Shown piece after piece: positions 1 through 8,146 of a DNA stretch of 64,000 nucleotides (position 1 is the stretch's first letter; each line of letters starts with the position of its first letter). Source of the DNA: Candidatus Nomurabacteria bacterium. Lineage in GTDB: Bacteria > Patescibacteriota > Saccharimonadia > Saccharimonadales > VXPC01. The notes beneath the pieces are model-generated. The model worked only from the letters and a program-made list of their open reading frames with translations. It made no database searches and was not told the DNA's origin. The DNA lies in assembly GCA_020631905.1 (NCBI GenBank), contig JACKGQ010000001.1, positions 293,854-357,853 of the forward strand, in the 5' to 3' direction. Both the position numbers and the translations under genes were made by a program.

Positions 1-1
1 T

Positions 2-502
2 CTAGATAGCGGCGATATAGAGGAGCAGGCTAATTTCTATGAACAATACTCCTTAAATGATTGTCTAGACAGGATGATTCGACTCAGCGATAGCCCTTGT
101 GGTGAGGCCGTCTTGGCGGCTTATGATTACGCTAGTGTTCAAAAACGTTTGCTGGCTCTCGGCATGCCAGATATTAATATGCCTGGATTTCAGGTTTCGG
201 CGGCCGACATGGCGGTGTTGCTTCAACATATTTACGATCATCAGTTAATACCCGAAACTAGCGCTCAGAGCTTACGTCAATCTATGCGTGAACAAATCTA
301 CGATAAAGGCCTTAAATCTGGTTTTAATATGTATCTGGTAGAAGATAAGGTAGGCTTTTCCGAAAACGGTGACTGGCATGATGTGGGTTTGGTGAAGGTA
401 GGTGATGATTACTTAATTGTTGCTGTTCTTAGCAACAAAGCTTATTCTGCTAATCTTGCCGGCTTAGCTACAAGCCTACAGAATACTCTCGAGAGCCTCT
501 AG
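2..502 (+). CDS. class A beta-lactamase-like serine hydrolase, C-terminal part (5' end cut by window edge)
   Basis: Frame of ORF 74..502 stays open back to nt 2. SDS (SDN-loop position) and KVG (KTG position) motifs occur in the expected order. Confidence 0.55.
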   Translation, partial: LDSGDIEEQANFYEQYSLNDCLDRMIRLSDSPCGEAVLAAYDYASVQKRLLALGMPDINMPGFQVSAADMAVLLQHIYDHQLIPETSAQSLRQSMREQIYDKGLKSGFNMYLVEDKVGFSENGDWHDVGLVKVGDDYLIVAVLSNKAYSANLAGLATSLQNTLESL

Positions 503-1141
503 GTCTATAACCACGATTTTGCCATTAATTTGCTTTACGATACCCTTACGTTGTAAGTAAGAAAACTCGCGCGAGACTGTTTCGCGGGTAGCACTTAAGC
601 TACTGGCAATATCTTGACGGGTCAGAGGCGCGTCAATCATGATGCCTTCGGGGCATTCGACCCCAAAACGCCTAACCAATGTCCGCAAAAAATAAGCAAT
701 CCGTTCACGAACGGTTCGATACACTAGGCTGCTAACTCTTTCGGCTTGTGATTGATACATGGTAGTTGTCACTACCAAAATTGCTCGCATTAATTGAGTA
801 TCATTATTCATCGCTGCCTCTAGCTCGGCATGACTACGTCTCAAAACTCTACAATCGGTGTGGGCGACGTAACCAACGTTTCGATTATCACCAGTCACTA
901 CCCAAATAAGTGGAAAGACCTCGCCACTCCGCCGAATTACCAAGATGTTCTCTTCGCCATACTTTGTGGTGCTGATTGCTTTTACAAAGCCAGTTTCGAT
1001 ATAAAAAACACCCGAAGGGTCTTCTTCGGGCCGAATAATATACTCACCTTTGCTAAAGGCTAGGCGCGTGCCTGCGCTAAAAAACTTTTCCAAGGCAGGC
1101 GAGTGGTTTGGGCTCGTTGCCATATAGGTATTATACAGCAA
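476..1141 (-). CDS. Crp/Fnr-family transcriptional regulator
   Basis: N-terminal cNMP-binding-type beta-barrel region plus C-terminal HTH (TRQDIASSLSATRETVSREFSYLQRKGIV). 221 aa, the typical family length. Confidence 0.85.
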   Translation of the reverse strand: MLYNTYMATSPNHSPALEKFFSAGTRLAFSKGEYIIRPEEDPSGVFYIETGFVKAISTTKYGEENILVIRRSGEVFPLIWVVTGDNRNVGYVAHTDCRVLRRSHAELEAAMNNDTQLMRAILVVTTTMYQSQAERVSSLVYRTVRERIAYFLRTLVRRFGVECPEGIMIDAPLTRQDIASSLSATRETVSREFSYLQRKGIVKQINGKIVVIDLEALESIL

Positions 1142-1153
1142 TAACTATTATGG

Positions 1154-1182
1154 TTGTAAATATCGTTAATAAGTTATATAAT
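1154..1182 (+). promoter_or_regulatory. sigma70-type promoter, probably leaderless transcript of 1191 gene
   Basis: TTGTAA (1154-1159), 17-nt spacer, TATAAT (1177-1182). ATG follows 8 nt downstream with no SD. Confidence 0.6.
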
Positions 1183-1190
1183 ATTATGTT

Positions 1191-2126
1191 ATGAGTCGTA
1201 AGCCTCACAGTGTTAAAAGCTTCCAAGATTTGCTTCCGCCAATGGTTGCGATCGATTCTCCGGGCACAAATCGACCGGAGGATATTTTAGGTGGTTATGG
1301 ATCATGCTTGTTTATTGGTTCGGTTGCTGTGCCCAGCTTGTCCGGGGAGGTAATCGAACACATCCTAGAGAAGCCACTATTCTTGCCACCAGAGCTTACC
1401 CGAGCACCACTACCGAACCGCACAGACAATGAGTTCCATTTGCTACAATTTCTTAAACTCGTAAAGCTCGAAGGCAATAACCAAGTTCGTGTTAGCCTTG
1501 GTCTAGGTAAGACTGCGGTTAGTCCATATGTTTTTGGCGAAGCGCATACAGACATTCTTCTAGATGATTTACCAGTTGGAGCCAAACGTGAGCAAGTGAT
1601 TGTTGAGACGCTTAAGTTTCTACAAGTATTTAGAGATCTGTTGCCACGTTTTCATGAGCTCAGCTTTGTCGATGATCAGGGCCAGCCAATAAATATTGAA
1701 CGTCAACTAGAATTTATTTTGTCAGACAAATTTACCGAAAAATATGTAAGCGATAAGGGCTCAGAATTTGGTAGTTTAGTGCCAAGATTTATGGCAATTG
1801 CCAATGCCTTACATAGCCGATTTATGCAACTCCACGCTATACCTCAGGTAGCTTTGGTTTTTGATCGAAGTCACACCCCTCAAAGAGTTGGTATGCCCTC
1901 GTATTCTTTGGTTAATGGCAATATGAACGACATTGTCGGAGGATTTAGCTCACCGTTTCGGAACTGGATGCATACAATCAATAGTGTCAACACTGCGGAA
2001 TGGTATAAGGCAAACCAGGCTGGCAGAAAACCCGTTTACCCATTTACTCCGCCGATGATCGAACGCGCAATTGGTAGTCAGCTGGCCTCACTAGCAGCCC
2101 TACGGACGGCTGGCGTATCTGTTTAA
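1191..2126 (+). CDS. hypothetical protein (311 aa)
   Basis: Long ORF with a promoter directly upstream. No motif recognised. Confidence 0.6.
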   Translation: MSRKPHSVKSFQDLLPPMVAIDSPGTNRPEDILGGYGSCLFIGSVAVPSLSGEVIEHILEKPLFLPPELTRAPLPNRTDNEFHLLQFLKLVKLEGNNQVRVSLGLGKTAVSPYVFGEAHTDILLDDLPVGAKREQVIVETLKFLQVFRDLLPRFHELSFVDDQGQPINIERQLEFILSDKFTEKYVSDKGSEFGSLVPRFMAIANALHSRFMQLHAIPQVALVFDRSHTPQRVGMPSYSLVNGNMNDIVGGFSSPFRNWMHTINSVNTAEWYKANQAGRKPVYPFTPPMIERAIGSQLASLAALRTAGVSV

Positions 2127-3196
2127 ACATTAAAGCGGAACTCGACGACATCGCCGTCGCGCATAATATAGTCCTTACCTTCGGTGCGGGCCTTGCCGGC
2201 AGTACGAGCAGCCACGCGTGAGCCACAGGCGATCATATCGGTATAGTTGACTACCTCTGCAGCAATAAAACCGCGTTCAAAGTCTGTATGGATTACACCG
2301 GCAGCTTGGGGCGCAGTTGCACCAATTGGGATTGTCCAAGCCCTGGACTCTTTTACGCCGGCTGTCAGGTAACTTTGCAGACCGAGTGTTTCGTAGCCCA
2401 CTCGACTCAAAGTTTGTAAGCCAGACTCGCGTAGGCCGTATTCTTCCATAAACATCTGCTGGTCATCGCCTTCGAGTTGAGCGATCTCGGCCTCGATTTT
2501 GGCACAGACAAAAACAATGTGTTCGGTAGGAGCAATTTGGCGAAGTTTTGATTGCAGCTCGGCATCTTTTAGGCCAGCCTCGTCGAGATTGAACACATAA
2601 ATAAATGGCTTGGCAGTTAGGAGGTTTAGCGGTTTGATGATATCTGGGTCGACCTCAACGTTTACCGCCAGTTCGCCAGCTTCGAGACGTTGCTTGAGGG
2701 CTTGCAGTGCCAGCACACTATTCTTAACCTTAGGGTCGGCTTTGAGCTGTTTTTCGAGTTTTGGTAAGTAGTTATCGAGAGTTTGTAGATCTGCCAAGAT
2801 AAGCTCGGTATTAATTACGTCGATATCAAAAACCGGATCTACTTTTTGATGCACATGCTGAATATCGCTGTCTTCAAAAGTTCGGACAACCTGAACAATC
2901 GCGTTGGTTTCTCGGATATGACTAAGGAATGCATTGCCCATGCCTTCGCCTTTGTGCGCTCCAGCTACAATTCCGGCAATGTCAACAAATGTTACGGTGG
3001 CTGGTACAACCTTGGCCGACTTATAAAGTTCGCCTAGTTTATGAACTCGTTCGTCGGGAACTGCCACAATGCCAGTATTAGGTTCTATGGTCGCAAAAGG
3101 GTAGTTGGCTGCTAGTACATTGTTTTTGGTTAGTGCATTAAAAAGTGTCGACTTGCCGACATTTGGTAGACCTACTATCCCGATTGATAAACTCAT
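2123..3196 (-). CDS. ychF: redox-regulated ATPase YchF (Obg-like)
   Basis: N-terminal GLPNVGKSTLFNALT P-loop. Full-length collinear YchF architecture with C-terminal TGS-like end (DGDVVEFRFNV). Confidence 0.95.
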   Translation of the reverse strand: MSLSIGIVGLPNVGKSTLFNALTKNNVLAANYPFATIEPNTGIVAVPDERVHKLGELYKSAKVVPATVTFVDIAGIVAGAHKGEGMGNAFLSHIRETNAIVQVVRTFEDSDIQHVHQKVDPVFDIDVINTELILADLQTLDNYLPKLEKQLKADPKVKNSVLALQALKQRLEAGELAVNVEVDPDIIKPLNLLTAKPFIYVFNLDEAGLKDAELQSKLRQIAPTEHIVFVCAKIEAEIAQLEGDDQQMFMEEYGLRESGLQTLSRVGYETLGLQSYLTAGVKESRAWTIPIGATAPQAAGVIHTDFERGFIAAEVVNYTDMIACGSRVAARTAGKARTEGKDYIMRDGDVVEFRFNV

Positions 3197-3336
3197 GAGC
3201 GACTATTATAACAGAGGCGGACAAAAAACAGCTACTCGGTAATACTGTCAGATAATATGCCGGCACGCACCCGTGCGTAGATTGGCTGGCGTGGCCCAAA
3301 ATCCGGCGATAGTTTTGCTAAAATTATGTTAATGGT

Positions 3337-4113
3337 ATGATGCGATACATGTATATTATTGCGCCGTTAATTTTTTCGTTCGCTCTGAACATGGCGATGT
3401 TCGTGATTGCGTTCAAAAAACAGACAGATAAGCTCACAGACATATCGTATTCGTTAACCTTTGTTGGCTTAGTCGTTTATGGCTATATTACCCGTAACAA
3501 TCAGTGGGATTATGCCTGGCTTGTAGGTATATGTGTGCTGCTTTGGGCTGCTAGGCTTGGTAGCTACTTGCTGATTAGGATAAGGCGGATAGGTAGAGAT
3601 AAAAGATTCGATGAAATGAGAGGCTCGTTTCGAAAGTTTGCAGGTTTCTGGATAATTCAGGCCTTGACGGTGTGGATCGTAAGTTTCAGCGGGCTTATCT
3701 TTTTCGCTCGCGGTCACGCGCCCGAAACCAACACCATGCTAATTGGCATTTTTGCTTGGGCTTTAGGCCTGCTTATCGAATCGGTTGCTGATTATCAGAA
3801 GTATAAGTTTATAAACAACCCCAAGAATAAGGGTAAATGGATAGATTCAGGGCTTTGGCACTACTCGAGACATCCAAACTATTTTGGTGAAATTCTTGTC
3901 TGGTACGGGCTGTGGCTGACTGTTTCGTCGGGACTTAACGACACCCAAAAGTGGATTGCAGCCATAAGCCCAATTTTTATCATGGTATTGATAATCTTTG
4001 TTAGTGGGATTCCGATGCTCGAGAAAGCAGCCGATGCTAAATGGGGCAAAAATCCTCGCTACAAACAATACAAGCAGTCGACAAGTGTCTTGATCCCTCT
4101 GCCAAAGAAGTAA
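3337..4113 (+). CDS. DUF1295 / steroid-5-alpha-reductase-like membrane protein
   Basis: Multi-TM protein with the WxYSRHPNYFGE motif typical of the DUF1295/ICMT-like family. Confidence 0.8.
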   Translation: MMRYMYIIAPLIFSFALNMAMFVIAFKKQTDKLTDISYSLTFVGLVVYGYITRNNQWDYAWLVGICVLLWAARLGSYLLIRIRRIGRDKRFDEMRGSFRKFAGFWIIQALTVWIVSFSGLIFFARGHAPETNTMLIGIFAWALGLLIESVADYQKYKFINNPKNKGKWIDSGLWHYSRHPNYFGEILVWYGLWLTVSSGLNDTQKWIAAISPIFIMVLIIFVSGIPMLEKAADAKWGKNPRYKQYKQSTSVLIPLPKK

Positions 4114-4129
4114 ACAAGTTAGCCTAGTA

Positions 4130-4158
4130 TTGACATACTGTTCCGTATCTGTTATTAT
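4130..4158 (+). promoter_or_regulatory. sigma70-type promoter (leaderless configuration)
   Basis: TTGACA (4130-4135), 17-nt spacer, TATTAT (4153-4158). ATG at 4165 lies 6 nt after the -10 box. Confidence 0.65.
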
Positions 4159-4164
4159 ACAGTA

Positions 4165-4650
4165 ATGGAAATACCAAAACAAAAACATCCTGTCAGTCAA
4201 GCTACACACCGCCGTCTTGTCGAGCAAATGAGAGAGATGGTATGGCTCAATGCAAACACAAGAGGTACACATGATACCGGGCATATTGCTTATTCCGACG
4301 GTAATCCTCATTTAACTGATGGTCAGCCAAACAGTGTTGGCTCTGGCCAGGTTTACGACCCGCAAACAACAAATGAATATGTGGTTTGGCTGGCAGGTGA
4401 GGGTGGGGCTCAAGATGTACAACTCGGGGCAGAAGTTGTTCGGCCACTTGGCTTCGTCCATGAGCTTTCTGCAGATCCTCAAGAAGCTTCTCTCTCTGTT
4501 TCGCGTAGTGTAGTGCCAGTTGGAGATGGTCGGGTATTCGAAGTTTGCGAAGGAACTCTGCCATCACGCCAAGTGGCTGTAAGGCAGCTCGGTGAGACAG
4601 ATGTTGAAAGTCTGGTGGCCAGTATGTCGGCTGCTGCCTCACACATCTAA
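4165..4650 (+). CDS. hypothetical protein (161 aa); strand choice uncertain
   Basis: Near-consensus promoter placed for a leaderless start. Codon choice resembles neighbouring genes. A 131-aa ORF lies on the opposite strand (see rejected list). Confidence 0.4.
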   Translation: MEIPKQKHPVSQATHRRLVEQMREMVWLNANTRGTHDTGHIAYSDGNPHLTDGQPNSVGSGQVYDPQTTNEYVVWLAGEGGAQDVQLGAEVVRPLGFVHELSADPQEASLSVSRSVVPVGDGRVFEVCEGTLPSRQVAVRQLGETDVESLVASMSAAASHI

Positions 4651-4737
4651 CAGTTATCTTGGCTGTGCTTGCAAGCCGGAAGATTGGGTGTATAAAAGTA
4701 TATGAATCACTTTTAAAAAAGTATTATAAGGAGACAT

Positions 4738-5448
4738 ATGCCCAGTAAAAGATCAATAAGACGAGCCGAAACACTTGCACTGACCCAAGAAGCTACCGCA
4801 TTGGCTAGACTGGCAATCGGTGATCTAGAAGATACATCTGAGAGTATGCGCAGATACTCACAGGAATACCGAGAGCTGGCTGACAGATACCAAGACTTAG
4901 CCGATAAGTACTTCGGGCTTGCCGATAAACATACGACCACTCTTACTCAGTTAATTGCAGCCAACCGAAATGTGCTACATATGCTCGATTTGTTAGATGG
5001 CCATGGTGGTGCCGAGGCACTTGGTGCCGAAGCACTTCAGGCTTTTGCCGAGCTCAATACAGGCTGGTCTGTGTCTAGCAGTATTGGCGATGGTCGTGCA
5101 ACTAAAGAGTTTTCACGAGTCTTAGCTCAAGCCGATATGACTCCGCAACGACGTATTGGTGGGGAGCTACATCGAGACACATACCTAGCGTTAGCTGATT
5201 ACGAGAACAGCCATACGGAGCTTGCCCAGATATTTGAAGCTTGGGGATTTGCAGGCGACTTTGTTAATGGAGAATACTTTGTTGTTCGAATTAGTGCGCC
5301 AGCAGGCCCAATTACATACGGCGATCTAAACAAGATACTGCGCGCCGAGGCTCTTCTGGCCGAGCAAGGCTATACTGGGCATGGGCATCTTTCAAGGTTT
5401 GACACTGGTGTGCCAGAACCAGTGACCGCCAAAGACTCGCAGATCTAA
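4738..5448 (+). CDS. hypothetical protein (236 aa), coiled-coil-like N-terminus
   Basis: Strong SD (AAGGAG) 6 nt before the ATG. No recognisable domain. Confidence 0.6.
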   Translation: MPSKRSIRRAETLALTQEATALARLAIGDLEDTSESMRRYSQEYRELADRYQDLADKYFGLADKHTTTLTQLIAANRNVLHMLDLLDGHGGAEALGAEALQAFAELNTGWSVSSSIGDGRATKEFSRVLAQADMTPQRRIGGELHRDTYLALADYENSHTELAQIFEAWGFAGDFVNGEYFVVRISAPAGPITYGDLNKILRAEALLAEQGYTGHGHLSRFDTGVPEPVTAKDSQI

Positions 5449-5475
5449 GTTGCCAATAACCTGGGATGATACAAT

Positions 5476-6189
5476 ATGCGCATGAAGAAGTTTATGTTTT
5501 TGGGGTTTGTATTTTTTGTAATAGCCGGTGGTCTGGGTTACATGGCTTGGCGGGGGGTCGAAGAATCTAAAGATAATCAACCCACTGGTACAGAGCAAGT
5601 AGCCGATACAACACCAAAGCCAGCCAGCCAAACTGCCAAATATAAAGTAGTAGTTGATTTTAGCTGGAGCCAAGCCACTCACCCAGGCAGCTATCCGGAG
5701 GGCGCCCACCTAAGCCCAATAGTCTTAGCGGTACATAACTCTGAACAAGCCTTGTTTACAAACGGTACTCAAGCTAGTCTGGGTATCGAAGACATGGCCG
5801 AAACTGGCGCGACCACTAGCTTGGCAGGTGAGCTAGACGAGGCCAAGATTACCTATGTTCTTGGCAAGCGGGTGGATGCACCAGGGAGCTACGAATTCGA
5901 GATAGAAGTTAATCAAACAGACAGCCTAGTTTCGCTAGTGAGTATGCTGGCACCGAGCCCCGATTGGTTTGTTGGTCTAGATGGCACAAAGCTGTTCGAC
6001 AATGGCACCTGGCTAGAGTCGGTTCAGTACGATCTGCAAGCCTACGATGCGGGTACCGACAATGGCACCGACTGGACCTCTGCCAATGCCGACACCCAGC
6101 CACACGGGTTAATTAGCTCGCCATCTAGCAGCGTATTCGAAACTGCCGCTGCAACTCCATTTGGCACCGCCACATTTACAAAACTTTAA
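5476..6189 (+). CDS. membrane-anchored/secreted spondin_N-domain protein
   Basis: N-terminal hydrophobic anchor. FSWSQATHPGSYPEGAHLSP and APSPDWFVGLDG motifs match the spondin N-terminal domain family. Confidence 0.7.
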   Translation: MRMKKFMFLGFVFFVIAGGLGYMAWRGVEESKDNQPTGTEQVADTTPKPASQTAKYKVVVDFSWSQATHPGSYPEGAHLSPIVLAVHNSEQALFTNGTQASLGIEDMAETGATTSLAGELDEAKITYVLGKRVDAPGSYEFEIEVNQTDSLVSLVSMLAPSPDWFVGLDGTKLFDNGTWLESVQYDLQAYDAGTDNGTDWTSANADTQPHGLISSPSSSVFETAAATPFGTATFTKL

Positions 6190-6227
6190 GTGTGAGCAGA
6201 ATCACGCTCCAGTTTGACAAAAGTCCA

Positions 6228-6256
6228 TTGACATTACCTAAATTTTCAGTTATAGT
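6228..6256 (+). promoter_or_regulatory. sigma70-type promoter for 6373 gene
   Basis: TTGACA (6228-6233), 17-nt spacer, TATAGT (6251-6256). Leaves a leader of about 110 nt. Confidence 0.55.
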
Positions 6257-6372
6257 ATAGCCACAACCTGAAACAGGTTTGTTTAGTGAAATAAAATATA
6301 TAAAGATAGTTTTTATAAGTAAGTCTATCGAAAGCAAGTGGGCGCGGATTAACCAAAGAAAGGTGAACCGAC

Positions 6373-7530
6373 ATGAGTAGAAGTTTGAAAAACCAAGCAG
6401 GCGAAGGCCTTGCAATAGTTGCCGAAACTCCGATTGATGTTAGTGGCACCTTTGGGCCTGAGCGACATGGTCGTTTAGCTGCACGTGCTAAAAAAGCCGC
6501 AGCTGTGGGGCTGACACCACTGGCATTAGTGACTTTTTATGTGGATGAAGCGGTTCGAGGCAACACCGAAGTAGCGGTTGCAGATATACCGCCAGGCAGT
6601 GACGAATATCGATACACATTTGGTGAGTATGTTCAAGGACCGTGTAACCCGGGTTGGGTTGTTGAGCTGGGTTCGTGGAACGACGCTAATCGAGATGAGA
6701 AATTCCAAAAAAACGAAGTGGCATGTATAACTGACCCCACGACACCAACAACTACTCAACACACCGGTGGCGGTGGAGGCGGTGGCGGAACTGGCGGTGG
6801 TGGTGGCACCGGTGGTGGCGGAGGTACGGGCGGTGGCGGCACTTCGGAGACCCTGCCAACCATAACTATCGATGCCGACGGCGATTTGTTCTCACTGCTC
6901 CAAGATCCAAGCACAGGTGAGATTGTTCCTGCAAACGTCTTCGGGATTGCCGAAGTCGACGATAGTAGTAAAGGCTATAACCAGGCAGGCTACAATCTGC
7001 TAGAAGCGATGCTTGCAGCCCGAGACCTTAATGTTGCCGACATGACTCCAGAGGAACAGGCGTTTATAAAGAACGTCGGTTTTACGGTAAACCCTAGTGA
7101 TTTTGCCAAATATTTGCCAGAGCTATTTGCTGTGCCAGTGACACATATCGGGCCGGATGTAACGATTCAGATTGGTGGCACCGCGAACTCTGCAGACTCA
7201 GCAGGCGAGCAACCCACAGATTCTGCTACTGTACCCGCTGCTGGTGGCAACACAGACTCGAGTGGAAGCACCCCTAACGGTGCGGGTGCAAGTGGGACGG
7301 AGTCTGGAAGTAACTCGGGCGATAGCCAAGATGATTCGGCTATTGGACAACTAATTAACTGGGTTACCCAACCAGAAGTTTATGGCACTGGCCTAGGGCT
7401 TAGCACATTTGTCTTACTGGCTCTAACCGCTATGCGCCGCCGCCGACATAACGACGATAAACCACCAAAAGCCAAAAGTGGTCACCGCAGCCAACCACAC
7501 GGCCATTACGGGCCGGTCGCTGGCAACTAA
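6373..7530 (+). CDS. glycine-tract surface/membrane protein with C-terminal TM anchor
   Basis: Poly-Gly linker TGGGGGGGGTGGGGGTGGGGGTGGGGT. C-terminal hydrophobic helix followed by RRRRH. S/T/G-rich low-complexity regions. Confidence 0.65.
   Translation: MSRSLKNQAGEGLAIVAETPIDVSGTFGPERHGRLAARAKKAAAVGLTPLALVTFYVDEAVRGNTEVAVADIPPGSDEYRYTFGEYVQGPCNPGWVVELGSWNDANRDEKFQKNEVACITDPTTPTTTQHTGGGGGGGGTGGGGGTGGGGGTGGGGTSETLPTITIDADGDLFSLLQDPSTGEIVPANVFGIAEVDDSSKGYNQAGYNLLEAMLAARDLNVADMTPEEQAFIKNVGFTVNPSDFAKYLPELFAVPVTHIGPDVTIQIGGTANSADSAGEQPTDSATVPAAGGNTDSSGSTPNGAGASGTESGSNSGDSQDDSAIGQLINWVTQPEVYGTGLGLSTFVLLALTAMRRRRHNDDKPPKAKSGHRSQPHGHYGPVAGN
6766..6840 (+). repeat. imperfect (GGN)n tract encoding the poly-glycine linker
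   Basis: 25 codons, almost all GGT/GGC/GGA with interspersed ACN. In frame with the 6373 ORF. Confidence 0.9.
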
Positions 7531-7555
7531 AGTTTTTAATGGCAGAGTATTCTTT

Positions 7556-7586
7556 CTAGCCGGCCTTGGAGCCGGCTAGTTTATTT
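7556..7586 (+). terminator. intrinsic terminator
   Basis: CTAGCCGGC / GCCGGCTAG 9-bp stem followed by TTTATTT. Confidence 0.8.
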
Positions 7587-7603
7587 GCTAGAATTATCTG
7601 CAA

Positions 7604-8143
7604 ATGAATAAGCGTTACCTTTTTGCTGGTGGGTTGGTATTGCTAGTAGGTTTAGGGGTGTATGGGGTTATCTGGTGGGTTGGCCGGCCAGCCGGCAACA
7701 ACTCGCCAGATGGCTCGGATAATACAGGCCAACAGGTCGACCAATTAACCCAAGCCGAAATCGACGCCCAGCAAGCCGAGGCCGAGGTGGCGCTCGAAAA
7801 GTACGATGCCGAGGTGCAGGCTAAAGCCGATAGCATTGGTGCCATCGACGATTTTGAAGCTCTGAGCGAGGCCGACCAAGCCGGCACAGGTTCGCGGATT
7901 ATGCGCCGGCTGATTGAAGAGGGCAATACCGAGCTAGCCCTGCAGTTTATTGAGCTATTTATGACCCGCACCGACAACCTCGCGCTCGATGCCGCCAAAC
8001 TCTGCTTTCAGTTGGCCGAAACAAGCGAGCGCCAAGCTTACTGCCGCGAGCAGGCCAACCGAATTGGTCTCGAGCAAGGCATAATTGCACCGGGCGAATC
8101 GCTAGACGATGACTATTTAAACGATACATTCAACGGTGGTTAA
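7604..8143 (+). CDS. membrane-anchored protein (179 aa), helical/TPR-like ectodomain
   Basis: Single N-terminal TM helix. Stop lies 3 nt before the next ATG, suggesting coupling with the 906-aa gene. Confidence 0.6.
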   Translation: MNKRYLFAGGLVLLVGLGVYGVIWWVGRPAGNNSPDGSDNTGQQVDQLTQAEIDAQQAEAEVALEKYDAEVQAKADSIGAIDDFEALSEADQAGTGSRIMRRLIEEGNTELALQFIELFMTRTDNLALDAAKLCFQLAETSERQAYCREQANRIGLEQGIIAPGESLDDDYLNDTFNGG

Positions 8144-8146
8144 GCG

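Noticed and set aside
4247-4642. 131-aa minus-strand ORF as the real gene at this locus.
   Set aside because: It would need a GTG start with no promoter or SD. Its composition (H, Q, R, C, L-rich; HLEPHPHLPAKPHIHLL) is typical of an antisense frame. The + strand has a well-placed promoter. It is kept as an open question in the findings.
6766-6840. GGN-rich tandem tract as a non-coding repeat or CRISPR-like array.
   Set aside because: It is in frame inside a long ORF and translates to a poly-Gly/Thr linker. It has no spacer-repeat organisation.
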